The notes under the pieces: generated by a model
What the model was told of the DNA's origin: nothing
Databases searched by the model: none
What the model saw: the letters and a program-made list of their open reading frames with translations, nothing else
Made by a program: the position numbers and the translations under genes
Part shown: piece by piece, positions 40,109 to 62,948 of the stretch
How the letters are laid out: each line of letters begins with the position of its first letter
Position numbering within the stretch: position 1 is the stretch's first letter
From: Octopus vulgaris
Taxonomy: Eukaryota
Assembly (NCBI GenBank): GCA_951406725.2
Contig: OX597822.1
Span: 114,142,001-114,206,000, forward strand
Reading direction: 5' to 3'
Length of the DNA: 64,000 nt

Positions 40109-43100
40109 TAAATTAGAGATAAAACCACTATTAGGCAAATCATACAATGAAAAACTTAAGCCAATACATAAGATTAATTAATTTATATTATTTAAATATA
40201 TATCAAAATTATTAAAAAAGATAATTAATATAACACTACGATCGTTTCATGCCTGTCCAATTCTTAAAATTTTCGAGTTACAGTCATTTTTCAGGTGGTT
40301 TAAATATCTAAAATATAATCAATATTTTTAAGATATAAATAATATATATAATATAATAATTTTACTTATAATATATTTATAATATATATATATATACACA
40401 AGAATTCATAGGTTGCTGGCTAGGTGGGTCGATGTTTGTCTACTAGCTTGTTAGTCGCTTGCTAGCTGTCTGGCTGGCTGGTTGGTAACTATAGGGAAAG
40501 TGAATTACCAAAAGCTCCACGCTCTGGAAACAAATTCAAAATAAGAGTTACAAAATTCGTAACCACACAGCCTTACTTGCGTCCACATATATTTTGTTTG
40601 GAATATTGAAACTTTAAATAGACGAAGCGAATTGTAGGTTGTGTTTTATGTCTACAGAACTGGGTTGGTGTCCCACGATAAACATTGGAATTTTTTGTAT
40701 CGAAAATCGTTTTTAACCCAACGTTCTAAATTTGGAGTTGGAAAAGATCCAAAAAGAAATATTTAATCAATGCCCCCATCTAAGACATTTCCTACTTCAA
40801 ACTTGGAATTCTCCATTCGTTGAATAGTCCTACCACAGTTCCTTCGAATATCATCATGAGCGAAGCCGATTTATGGAGACAACACCATCCAGTCCTGCCC
40901 GCAGCATCAATAATTTATTTCTTCTTTCCAAAACCAAGTAACCGTTGCGTATTTCTTCCTCCAGTTTCCATTTGACACTGACGAGTTGACATTGCCGCTA
41001 ATCGCTTTGTAGGTGCGAGATTAATGATGCTTCTCTTTCGGATGCATGTACTACAGACGATATATATATATATATATATATATATTCATAAATTTAATTA
41101 GAGATAAAACCACTATTAGGCAAATAAAACAATGAAAAGCATAAACCAAAACATAAAAATAAAAATAATTAATATAATATACAAAATATATAAAATATAA
41201 AATAAAAAATTTAAATTATTTAAATTTAAAATTAAAACTATTAATTTATTTATTTATCTTTTTTATTTATTTATTTATTTTTTATATTAAATATATATAA
41301 CTATATATATATATGTATGTATATATATATAAGTTCGTACATACATACACACAATAAAAATACACCAAACAGAAAATTCGCAGCTAATTCCTCATCAGTG
41401 ATCATCTAAGACATCATAAAAACTTTGTGCCTTTAACTATTATATTGTACACTTTTGGTGGAGCCAACGGCGAGACTCCTCAACGGCGAAGGGGAAAAGG
41501 AAATGGATGAGAGCGATGCGAATGATCACCGGTTACGTGGTAGTGGGAGGAGAGAAAAAGAATGGTGGAATGTAGAAGGACAAGAAGCAAACAGTGGAAA
41601 ATGTTAGTAGTGGAAGGAGAAAACGACAGATTGAAGGCGAGAAAAGAGAGACAAAGCAAACAGAAGACACAGAAATAGATGACAGAATTAAAAAGTTATA
41701 TATAACGTTAGAGAGTAAAATAAAGTAAAACGTTACATATAACGTTAGAGTGTTCAACTTGTCCATCACAAACGTAATTTTGCTTACGTATAACCAACGT
41801 CCTCACAGTCGTATTCTGATGGGAAGTTTTCTGTGTATACACATTTAACTGGCTTCACTTTTTTGATTTTCAAAAGTGTAATTTATGAGAAACGTGGAGC
41901 TGTGTCGCGAAATATTCCTAGAAATCGTTTACTTTTATAGAAAGAATGCGTCTCAAATCACAATCAGTCAAGTACAGATTGATTGGTTGAATTTGGTCAG
42001 ATTGAGTACAGATTGATTGGTTGAATCTGGTAACGGGATCTTTGAGCTGTTATCTGTTGCGGCCGTCTATTACAATCTTGTGATAATCACGCGTAAAAGT
42101 CAGCTGAAAGATTTAGTCCTGTAGATTTGTCATGTGACAGAACAATAAGTGAATGGGTTGTTTTAGTCTGTTGTTTGTGTGAAGCAGCTCTGTGTGAATA
42201 GGCAGCTATAATCTTATTTATCTAAGTTGTGGTGACTGCTTGGTGCAACTCTAGTGAAGGATTCATTCCTTCGTACGACATTCCAAGTGTGATAAAAAAT
42301 GTGGAAAAATATAAATTACTCTTAAACTGTTTGGAGTTTATAACAAATTTGAATCGTTTGCAAAAATCACTGTAAAACATGAATTATTTACGCGCGTGAA
42401 AGTCAGATCAAATGTTTAATTAGAAGATATGTCATATGGCAGTTAATAGCTTTGAAACGATAAAAGCCACTTCTGAATCTAGGTCTGTTTATCCTTTTGG
42501 TTGTGTCCAGTAGCTGTGTGAGCAGCTGTTATCTTATTTCACTAATGCATGTTGATATTTTTTGTGTTACACATAGAGTTTTAGTGAATGATTTTGTGTC
42601 TCTCACCAAATGCGATGAAACGGGTGAGAAAGTAAAGTTACTTTTAAACTAGGTTAAAAATTTGCCGAAAAATATCAGGGGAATAGTATATAATTACACC
42701 TTGTCCTGGACTTACGACAAACGGTAAGTCAATCTGGTCGTATGTCGGATTTATTTGTCAACACTATTTTCATTGCAACGGATTATAAAGCTATAAAACA
42801 CAAATATTTCATCCATAATTATTGTGCATAAAGTGAAAAAGGCATTTGTACTCTATTGTACTTTAAAGAAAAATACAATCTAAAATTAATGTAAAAATTA
42901 ATACAAAGGAAATTCCGCTTACATGCAATGGCAAAAAACTTGTTTCTGTGTAAAAAGTTTAACTGACAAGAAAGTTTCATTCTTCACAGTTTTGTTCTTG
43001 GATTGAGGTAGACGGTGTTTCGAGGAACATGTTGAGCTTTGAATACTTCTTTTCTTTCTTTCGTCATATATCTTACGATAACAACAAACATCTTGAATGA

Positions 43101-44348
43101 TGCATTTACTTTTTGTGGTCGTAAGTGCGGATAGTCGTACGTCGAGGTGAGGGTGTACTTAGTTCTTAAAGTTTTACGATATCTATTAAACATTCTAGTA
43201 TTTATAGATTACATAAAAATATAGTATGCTATCAACATTTTGTATATCATCTATAGTAAATATATCATCAAGTATGTCATCTATGTCTGTATATCATATG
43301 TCATCTGCATTTTGTATATTTTCCATATCTATTATATCACTTATATTCACCTGTCATCTATACTATGTATGTCATCTATATACAGTATACCATTTATAAC
43401 CAGTATGTCGTCAATATCCAACATGCCATCTATGTCATCTATATCAGCTATATACAGTAGTTTATCTATATCGTATGCCATCGATATTTCGTATATCCTC
43501 TATATCCTCTACATCTCAAAACTTTCGAATATGTCAGCTGTCTACTGATTATGTTTTATTATATTACGTATGTCTTAAAAGTTTCAATTGTCTATCATCT
43601 AAAGAAGATACCCTCTCTGCATTCTACGTAGATTTAATTAATTCCCTGATAATTGAGAAATTGATATTCCTTTAAAATAATAACATGATTCTTATTTTTG
43701 AGTAAGTTTTAATATTTTCTATCATTTGTATATTTATCGCCATATTTAAATAAGAAGAAAAACTAAAACCAAAAGAATAAGATATATATGATTACCTTAC
43801 TTTTCACTCCTGGTGAAATACATTTTTTTTAGCGTCAACGATTAAAAAAAAAAATGTGATTTACTCAGTTCTTCTCTCTATTACACAGAATGGTGAGTTA
43901 AGTTTACTTTAATGCCTTCCTGTTATAGGTTCAGATCTCCCCTGATTCATCTTCACTCAAGGCTTTAGCGACAGAAAATTGCGTCTAAAATGTTCTACTC
44001 AATACCTGAGGCACCGAATTGCCCCCATCTAATTTCTGGCACCAAACCGCCCCTAATCCATCATTTAAAGGGATCGGTTTACGTGGTTCTAAATATTCTC
44101 CTTGTTTAAATTAACTTTTATTATTCAAGACATAAGCTATAAGAGAGTAGGAACTTAACATATTTTCGGTTTCCACCAGAAATCATATCGATTTATTGCT
44201 GTTATTAACATCTTCTGGCACGAAACATTAATGACGTTATTTTTATATTCTTGCTGGAATTATATTATCCTTCTTTATTGTCAAATACAACAGCGGCTTC
44301 TCCTTACCTCTCAAGTACATTCACTTATGGTTTTGTTTATAATTTCAG

Positions 44349-44518
44349 CGACCTCAGTAACAATAAAGATATGATGTGTGGATGTTACCTGCCAGCCTTG
44401 GTAAATTATACTAAATCAAAATTCAACAGAACTGTGTGGGTAGGAGGCGAGTGTCAGACAGATCCAGGCAATAAGCAAAGCAGAATTATACCTATAAAGA
44501 AATACACGCAATGTCAAA
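44349..44518 (+). CDS. LRR gene exon: last half-LRR + Cys-rich LRRCT-like cap (gene likely continues downstream)
   Basis: aatttcAG acceptor, phase 2. Translates DLSNNKDMMCGCYLPALVNYTKSKFNRTVWVGGECQTDPGNKQSRIIPIKKYTQCQ (DLSNN...CxC..L...C...C). Probable donor GTTAGT at 44519. Confidence 0.82.
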
Positions 44519-44564
44519 GTTAGTAAAATCTTCCTTGCTTCTGTTGTTATGTTATTACCTCTGA

Positions 44565-44775
44565 CAAGGTAGGCGAGTTACCACAATCGTTGGCCCGCCG
44601 GACAAAACGCCCAACAACATTTCGTGCAACGTTACAGTCATAGTTCAAACTCCGTCCAGAACGATTTTGCTTTTAACCCACTCGGGGTCGATAAAATAAG
44701 TATCAATTGAACACTGTGGTCGATGTAATCAACTAAATCTCTCCACACAGTATTTCAGGCCATGTGCCTTATTGC
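44565..44775 (+). mobile_element. Degenerate SINE
   Basis: B-box-like AGTTCAAACTCC and GGGGTCGATAAAATAAGTA...GGTCGATGTAATC core resembling octopus SINEs. Confidence 0.5.
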
Positions 44776-44890
44776 CATAAAGAGAACTCCAGGATATTCT
44801 CTCCTGCTCATAATATCAGGAGAGACTGTATGTAAATATATACATGTACACATACATACCCCCACACAATACACACACATACACATATAC

Positions 44891-45033
44891 TGAGTGGCTT
44901 TGTGGTAAGAAGCTTGCTTCCCACCCAATTGGTTCCGGGTTTAGTACCACTGCATGACACCGTCCGACTAAGGCCTTGTGAGTAAATTTGGTAGAGGGAA
45001 ACTGAAAGAAACCCATCGTGTATATATATATGA

Positions 45034-45080
<47 letters not shown>

Positions 45081-45290
45081 TCTATTTGGGCTTGTTCCAC
45101 TCACCGTCGCTTGATAGCAGATGCTGGTGTGTTTACGTCTCCGTCACGTGGCGGTTCGGCAACGTAAACGACAGAATAAGTACTAGGCTTACAAAGAATA
45201 AGATGTGGGGTCGATTTGTTCGACTAAAGGCGGTACTTTAGCATGGCCGCAGTTAAATGAGTGAAACAAGTAAAGGAATAAAGAATAAGA
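44891..45290 (+). mobile_element. tRNA-derived SINE, same family as 15653-16040
   Basis: GAGTGGCTTTGTGGTAAG...GGTTTAGTACC head; tail GCATGGCCGCAGTTAAATGAGTGAAACAAG with (AAGAATA) repeats. Confidence 0.8.
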
Positions 45291-45325
45291 GAGTATAATA
45301 CAAACAGGCACACGCACACACACAT

Positions 45326-45369
<44 letters not shown>

Positions 45370-45655
45370 GAAAATAGTAAAAAGTGAAAAAACTACAGAA
45401 GGCTTAAAGGTTAAAAAATATATATTTGCGTCAATATGTCTGAAGAATATTAAAAAAATTTTTTCTTACAATGACATAGTTTAGAAGAAAGACCGGTTTC
45501 GCGTTTAGCTTTTCAAATTTCTTACGACGTTATGTTTATGTTGAACAGAGTTATCGTTATCATAATGATAACTCTGTATATAATATATATATATATATAT
45601 AATATATATAATATATATAGATATATATATAATATATATATAATATATATATAAT

Positions 45656-45708
<53 letters not shown>

Positions 45709-45740
45709 TATAATATATATATATAATATATAGATAATAT

Positions 45741-45842
<102 letters not shown>

Positions 45843-45878
45843 TATATAATATATATATATAATATATATATATAATAT

Positions 45879-46832
45879 ATGAGGCGAGTGACCGGACATG
45901 CCTTCAGTCAGATCTACTGGCTGTTATCCAATGGGCAGAAAAAAACAATATGCTGCTGAACGAGGATAAATTTGAGCTAATCCACTTTGGAAAAGAGGAT
46001 GCCCTGAAACTCCCATACTCCCTTCCTTCAGGTGAAACTCTCGCGGCGTCCAACAACATCAGAGACTTGGGAGTAATTGTGGACAACAACGTAAGCTGGG
46101 CCACTCATATAAACACCAAAGTTGACATGGCCCGCAGAATGTGTTCCTGGATTCTCAGAACTTTCCAGTCGAGAGATATCCACACCATTATCCTTCTCTT
46201 CTCCACTTTTGCCCGACCCCACCTTGAATACTGTTGTCCACTGTGGTCTCCCCACACAATACAAGGTATCATAAAAGTTGAAGCACCTCAAAGGGCAATC
46301 ACAAAAAAGATAGATGGCATGACAGGCCTCGACTATTGGGGTCGACTAGAAAAGCTAAAACTCTATTCTCTCCAACGTCGTCGTGAGCGCTACATCATCT
46401 GCATGATGTGGAAAATATTCCATCAGCATTGCCCAAATGATGTTGGCATCACCTTTAAGGTACATCCAAGGCTTGGGCCCCGTGCCATCCGCCCAAAACA
46501 AAAATCGCACTCTCATCTCATAACAACAATACGGCACAATTATTTCACCTCAATTGGCCCCGCTCTCTTTAACATTACACCAAAACACATTAAAACAGAA
46601 ACTGACCCTATAGGGTTCAAGAAGTCTTTGGACAGATTCCTTCAAGAAATCCCGGATAAACCCCTTACACCCGGATATGTCTCTGTAAACAATAACTCTC
46701 TACTTGAGTGGGCCATAGTGCCCAAATTCTGACTTGAAAGACTTCACCAGGTGGTGCTATTAAGTTAGACATGGCCTGGGCCAATAATGGCCGAAACCTA
46801 TCAAAGTATCAAAGTATCAAAGTATCAAAGTA
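45879..46832 (+). mobile_element. CR1-like LINE family A, 5'-truncated copy
   Basis: ORF 45950-46732 (RDLGVIVD, RPHLEYCCPLWSP, LYSLQRRRER); 3' tail (TATCAAAG)n; flanked by (TA)n. Confidence 0.92.
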
Positions 46833-46996
46833 TATAATATATATATATATAATATATATATATAATATATATAATATATATATATATAATATATATATAT
46901 AATATATATAATATATATATATATAATATATATATATAATATATATATATATATAATATATTTAATATATATAATTAATATATATATAATATATAT

Positions 46997-47130
<134 letters not shown>

Positions 47131-47723
47131 TTTTTTAATTTTTTAAAATTTTATTTTATCTAGTTTCAGCTCACGAGCTGTGGCCATGCTGGGGCACCGC
47201 CATATATATATATATATATATTTTTTTTTGCCTAAGTAGTTTGATGCTGCCTTCTTTTATAATAATCCATGAAGTGAAAATGAATGGAACACTTGGTTTA
47301 TGTTTGTTTTTTTGTGGGGATTGGTAAAGGCAACTAAAAAAATATGTTTAGGAATTACAAAAAAAAAAAAAATCATAGCTGCCATCTGTATGAAAAAAAC
47401 AGACAAGTTAATGTTATAATATTTAACCTTCCTTTGACTATATTTCTAGTGAAATTAATAATGAATTTGGAGGGATTCAATAAAAGAACTCTTTCATTGT
47501 TATGCTGGTGTTGAAAACAAAATATTTTTACCACCACACACACACACACGTGTGTATGTGTGTGCATATATATAGATAAAATTCTTTAAGTAGAACTCAT
47601 TTATTTTAGACAGATGATCAAGTCCATCAATACTCAGAGTTTCTCAACAAATGCAACCATTTAAGAAAAACCTGTTACATTATTGCACTTTGTCAGAAAC
47701 TAAATAGTGACGAAGTGAATCAT

Positions 47724-47879
<156 letters not shown>

Positions 47880-47942
47880 TATATAATATATATATATAAT
47901 ATATATATATAATATATATATATAATATATATATAAATAATA

Positions 47943-48088
<146 letters not shown>

Positions 48089-48186
48089 TATATAATATAT
48101 AATAAAATGGCGGTGCCCCAGCAAATAGCGGTGCCCCAGCATGGCCACAGCTGATAAGCTGAAACTGGAAAAATCAAAATCAAAAT

Positions 48187-48260
<74 letters not shown>

Positions 48261-48267
48261 TATATAT

Positions 48268-48555
<288 letters not shown>

Positions 48556-48574
48556 TATATATATAATATATATA

Positions 48575-50056
48575 AAAATAGAAACAAGTCCCTTGCAGTG
48601 AATTACCGTCCGATCTCACTCACCTCTTATATCATCAAGGTATTTGAGAGGGTGGTGAGATCTCGAATAACCCAATTTCTGGAAAGCAACAGACGGCTGA
48701 TCTCCAACCAACATGGGTTCCGTAATGGAAGGGACTGCCTAACGCAGCTCCTGCATCACTTTGAGGACATTTTGAGAGCTTTGGGAGAGGGCTCCAACAA
48801 CGATGTCATCTACCTTGATTTCAGTAAGGCCTTCGACAGGGTCGATCACAAGATCCTATTGAAAAAACTATCCAACATTGGTGTCTATGGAAAGTTACTG
48901 AAATGGATTAAGTGTTTCCTGACAGACAGATCTCAACATGTTGTAGTTGAAGGGGTAAAATCAAGCCCAGCCAAAGTCAGTAGTGGCGTTCCGGAAGGCA
49001 CTGTGCTGGGCCCACTTCATTCATCATTTACATTAATGACATTAATGACATCATCAAGCACAGCAACATAAAAATCTTTGCAGATGACTCCAAGCTACAG
49101 AAGGTCATAAATGAGGCGAGTGACCGGACATGCCTTCAGTCAGATCTACTGGCTGTTATCCAATGGGCAGAAAAAAACAATATGCTGCTGAACGAGGATA
49201 AATTTGAGCTAATCCACTTTGGAAAAGAGGATGCCCTGAAACTCCCATACTCCCTTCCTTCAGGTGAAACTCTCGCGGCGTCCAACAACATCAGAGACTT
49301 GGGAGTAATTGTGGAAAACAACATAAGCTGGGCCACTCATATAAACACCAAAGTTGACATGGCCCGCAGAATGTGTTCCTGGATTCTCAGAACTTTCCAG
49401 TCGAGAGATATCCACACCATTATCCTTCTCTTCTCCACTTTTGCCCGACCCCACCTTGAATACTGTTGTCCACTGTGGTCTCCCCACACAATACAAGGTA
49501 TCATAAAAGTTGAAGCACCTCAAAGGGCAATCACAAAAAAGATAGATGGCATGACAGGCCTCGACTATTGGGGTCGACTAGAAAAGCTAAAACTCTATTC
49601 TCTCCAACGTCGTCGTGAGCGCTACATCATCTGCATGATGTGGAAAATATTCCATCAGCATTGCCCAAATGATGTTGGCATCACCTTTAAGGTACATCCA
49701 AGGCTTGGGCCCCGTGCAATCCGCACAAAACAAAAATCGCACTCTCATCTCATAACAACAATACGGCACAATTATTTCACCTCAATTGGCCCCGCTCTCT
49801 TTAACATTACACCAAAACACATTAAAACAGAAACTGACCCTATAGGGTTCAAGAAGTCTTTGGACAGATTCCTTCAAGAAATCCCAGATAAACCCCCTAC
49901 ACCCGGATATGTCTCTATAAACAATAACTCTCTACTTGAGTGGGCCATAGTGCCCAAATTCTGACTTGAAAGACTTCACCAGGTGGTGCTATTAAGTTAG
50001 ACATGGCCTGGGCCAATAATGGCCGAAACCTATCAAAGTATCAAAGTATCAAAGTA
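48575..50056 (+). mobile_element. CR1-like LINE family A, 5'-truncated copy
   Basis: [38 protein letters not shown]; near-identical to 45879-46832; one frameshift near 49018; (TATCAAAG)n tail. Confidence 0.92.
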
Positions 50057-50118
50057 TATATATATATATAATATATATATAATATATATATAATATATAT
50101 ATATAATATATATATAAT

Positions 50119-50164
<46 letters not shown>

Positions 50165-50174
50165 ATATATATAT

Positions 50175-50316
<142 letters not shown>

Positions 50317-50326
50317 ATATATATAT

Positions 50327-50491
<165 letters not shown>

Positions 50492-50493
50492 TA

Positions 50494-51682
50494 TTGATTG
50501 ATTGATTGATTGATTCTAGTTTCAGCCTATGAGCTGTGGCCATGCTGGGGCACCGCCATTTGGTGTTGCTACTTGGTTTCACTTCATGGAGGCTTTCTAG
50601 CAACTGCTATTTGGTGCATGAGAGAGTTCGATGCAGCTGCCCTCATCTGCCCCTCCTGCCGTGAACTTGGTTCATCTGGGACACCTGACAGGAAGAGATC
50701 CAGCTTCATTTTAAAGACATCTGTATCCACCCCATGCAGGTTTCTCAGGTTCTTCGGGAGGATATTGAAGAGCTGTGGGCCTCGGAAGCCCAGGCTATCA
50801 CAGAATCTTGTCCTACATCTTGATGGCAGGTTTGGAGTCCTAGGCACCACGCAGTGGCGCCCAGTTCTGGCATTTGCGTAACTCTCGATGCCAAAGTTCA
50901 GGACACTTCCCTCCAGGATCTTCCAGATGTATATTATGGCATATCTTTCCCGCCTACGCTCCAGGGAATATAATTTTAATCTCTTGAGTCTTTCCCAGTA
51001 GCTTACATTCTGCATAGAGGCTATCTTCTTTGTGTAGCTTCGTTGGATCGCCTCAAGTTCTGTGATCAACTTGACACTGGATGGTGACCATAGCTGAAAG
51101 CAATAGTCAAAGTGGCTTAGGACAAGTGTCTTCCAGAGGACCATCATGGTTTCTTGTTCTCTTGTTCTAAAGGTTCTAAGAATCCATCCAGCCAGCCGTC
51201 TACATTTCATTGTCAGTTTAGCAACATGTACATGAAAGGTCGCGTCATCACTCATGTGAATACCCAGGTCACGCACTGATTGTGCCTCTGGGATTGCAAT
51301 CCCTCCGGGTCCAGTGTATTCATTCGGTATTGCATTCAGTTTTGCATGCTGATAGTCTAAAGCTTGAAACTTTCCAGCATTGAACTGCATGCTATTGTTA
51401 TTAGCCCACTTGTATATTTCGTCCAGCTCACATTGCAGGTGTTTAGTGTCCTCAGGGTTCTGTATTGCCTGTGAAACTTTTGTATCGTCTGCATAACTTG
51501 TGATCGTGGCTCTCTGCGTGGCTGAGGGCATGTCTGAGAGGGCCATCATGAACAGTAGTGGTCCCAGAACAGTGCCCTGCGGAACACCGCTCACTATTTG
51601 TGTGTTAATGGAGGTGGCCCCATTGGCTACTACCACCTGACTTCTATCCTTCAGAAAGTCATGAAGCCATTCTCCCAGTTTT
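50494..51682 (-). mobile_element. CR1-like LINE family B, 5'-truncated
   Basis: ORF 50584-51636 with [15 protein letters not shown]; (AATC)n tail. Confidence 0.93.
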
Positions 51683-51707
51683 ATAATATATATATATATA
51701 ATATATT

Positions 51708-51867
<160 letters not shown>

Positions 51868-51875
51868 TATATAAT

Positions 51876-52238
<363 letters not shown>

Positions 52239-52255
52239 TTATATATATATAATAT

Positions 52256-55200
52256 ACCTCACCTCGATACTCCTACTGAACATCAGAGGACTGCAAACAC
52301 TCAGTAACAGGACAAAGATCCCGTTCCTGAGAGACTTTGTTGCATGCAATCAAGCCTTATGCATAGCACTTACAGAAACGCACCTGAAACCGGACATAGC
52401 AGATGCGGAGTTACACATACCACAGTATGCTGTACTACGGACCGACAGGAAAGAAAGGAGTCATGGAGGTGTTGCTATGTACATCCGTGAGGACCTCACA
52501 CCCCAGGTCCTCTTGTCATACTCAAACTCGGTGTGTGACACACTAATTGTACATATTAGGCAACTTGATGTAGTTGTGTGTGCTACATATCGCCCTCCAG
52601 ATGCCCCAAGCCATGTGGGCAAGTTCGAAGACTGCCTTATAAAAATAGAAGAAATTCTAACCACATTAGAACAACACATAGGTGTGCTTCTTATGGGAGA
52701 CTTCAATCTGCCCAATGTCAGATGGCCCGAGGGCCTTTCTCTCCCAGGAATGACAAGATGTGAACGAGGACAGGCGAGGTCCCTCCTGAACCTCATCAAC
52801 ACCCTGTACATGGAGCAGGTAATACTCCAACCAACCAGGGCAGGTAACACACTGGATCTCTGCTTCACAAATGACATGGATCTCATCCATAATGTGAAAG
52901 TGACACCGACACTACTCTCGGATCACAACATGATAGAGCTGACCATGTACGGGCCAAAAGAGAGCACGGACATGCAGCCTACAAGAAACCCTCAAAATCT
53001 TTCCAGCTTGAACTACCATAAGGCAAACTGGAAACAAATTGAGAAAGAGATCCTCAAACAAAACTGGCCTGAATGTCTCTCCTCGCCAGACATCGATGTG
53101 AAACTTCAACAATTCATGTCTGTAATGCAAGCCATATGCTACAAATGTGTCCCAGAGAGAAAGGCCACTGTACACAAGAACAAAATCCCCAGAGAGAGGA
53201 AAATTTTAATGAGACGGCGTACGAAATTTTCAAATCGCCTAAACAAACAGATTGAAAGCAGTGAAAAGTCCCGCCTAAAAATAAAACTGTTGGAAATCGA
53301 AAAATGTCTGCAACTCTCCCATGAAAAAGAAAGAGCAGACAAAGAAGCCTGGGCTATACAAAACATAAAATCTAACCCCAGAGCTTTCTACAGGTATGCC
53401 AAAGAAACAGCTACAGTGCACTGTAGAATAGGGCCACTCCTCGAAAAGGATGGCACACTTACAGGAAAACCAATGAGGGTAAGTGAAATACTGAATGAGC
53501 AATTCAAGAGTGTTTTCACTCCACCCCTTGGGCATCTCCAAATCACCAATCCAACTGACTTTTTTACCACTGCAGATATAAAATCAGAGGCGGCGACGAT
53601 AGATTACATCGATATAAAGGAAGACGATGTAACCAAGGCTATAGATGAAATGAAAACAGACTCAGCTACTGGCCCCGATGGATTCCCGGCAATCCTCCTA
53701 AAAGCATGTAAGAGAGTCCTAGCAAGACCACTGCAGTTCCTCTTTCAGAGCTTCCTTGCAGCTGGCAAACTTCCAGGAAAACTGAAGGAAGGTAAAATAT
53801 GCCCCATTCATAAAGGAGGTAGCAGAGCGGAAGCCAAGAACTATAGACCTATCTCTCTGACCTCACACATCAGCAAGGTCATGGAACGAATAGTCAGAAG
53901 GAAGCTGATCACCTTCCTTGAAGAGAATGACCTGCTGCCCGACACCCAACATGGTTTCCGACCAGGGAGAAGCTGTTTAACTCAGCTCCTACAACACTAT
54001 GACTGGGTGCTGAAACGGCTGCTCAACCACTCAAATGTGGAAGTGATATATCTCGACTTTGCAAAGGCCTTTGATAAAGTCGATCATGGAATGATATGTC
54101 ACAAACTGCGTGATCTCAACATAGTTGGAAAACTGGGAGAATGGCTTCATGACTTTCTGAAGGATAGAAGTCAGGTGGTAGTAGCCAATGGGGCCACCTC
54201 CATTAACACACAAATAGTGAGCGGTGTTCCGCAGGGCACTGTTCTGGGACCACTACTGTTCATAATGGCCCTCTCAGACATGCCCTCAGCCACGCAGAGA
54301 GCCACGATCACAAGTTATGCAGATGATACAAAAGTTTCACAGGCAATACAGAACCCTGAGGACACTAAACACCTGCAATGTGAGCTGGACGAAATATACA
54401 AGTGGGCTGAAAAGAATAGCATGCAGTTCAATGCTGGAAAGTTTCAAGCTTTATACTATCAGCATGCAAAACTGAATGCAATACCCAATGAATACACTGG
54501 ACCCGGAGGGATTGCAATCCCAGAGGCACAATCAGTGCGTGACCTGGGTATTCACATGAGTGATGACGCGACCTTTCATGTACATGTTGCTAAACTGACA
54601 ATGAAATGTAGACGGCTGGCTGGATGGATTCTTAGAACCTTTAGAACAAGAGAACAAGAAACCATGATGGTCCTCTGGAAGACACTTGTCCTAAGCCACT
54701 TTGACTATTGCTCTCAGCTATGGTCACCATCCAGTGTCAAGTTGATCACAGAACTTGAGGCGATCCAACGAAGCTACACAAGAAGATAGCCTCTATGCAG
54801 AATGTAAGCTACTGGGAAAGACTCAAGAGATTAAAATTATATTCCCTGGAGCGTAGGCGGGAAAGATATGCCATAATATACATCTGGAAGATCCTGGAGG
54901 GAAGTGTCCTGAACTTTGGCATCGAGAGTTACGCAAATGCCAGAACTGGGCGCCACTGCGTGGTGCCTAGGACTCCAAACCTGCCATCAAGATGTAGGAC
55001 AAGATTCTGTGATAGCCTGGGCTACCGAGGCCCACAGCTCTTCAATATCCTCCCGAAGAACCTGAGAGACCTGCATGGGGTGGATACAAATGTCTTTAAA
55101 ATGAAGCTGGATCTCTTCCTGTCAGGTGTCCCAGATGAACCAACTTCACGGCAGGAGGGGCAGATGAGGGCAGCTGCATCGAACTCTCTCATGCACCAAA

Positions 55201-55311
55201 TAGCAGTTGCTAGAAAGCCTCCATGAAGTGAAACCAAGTAGCAACACCAAATGGCGGTGCCCCAGCATGGCCACAGCTCATAAGCTGAAACTAGAATCAA
55301 TCAATCAATCA

Positions 55312-55315
<4 letters not shown>
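52256..55315 (+). mobile_element. CR1-like LINE family B, APE endonuclease + RT
   Basis: [34 protein letters not shown]; one 1-nt frameshift near 54781; (AATC)n tail. Confidence 0.95.
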
Positions 55316-55356
<41 letters not shown>

Positions 55357-55371
55357 CATATATTATATATA

Positions 55372-59144
<3,773 letters not shown>

Positions 59145-59160
59145 TATATATATATATGTA

Positions 59161-62769
<3,609 letters not shown>

Positions 62770-62916
62770 ATATATATATATATATAATATATATATTATA
62801 TATATATAAATAATATATATATAATATATATATTATATATATATAATATAATATATATATTATATATATATAATATAATATATATATTATATATATATAA
62901 TATATATATATATATT

Positions 62917-62948
<32 letters not shown>

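Noticed and set aside
41960-42700. Short tandem duplications (~35 bp and a decayed ~300 bp)
   Set aside because: Degenerate, with no coding or terminal structure to interpret
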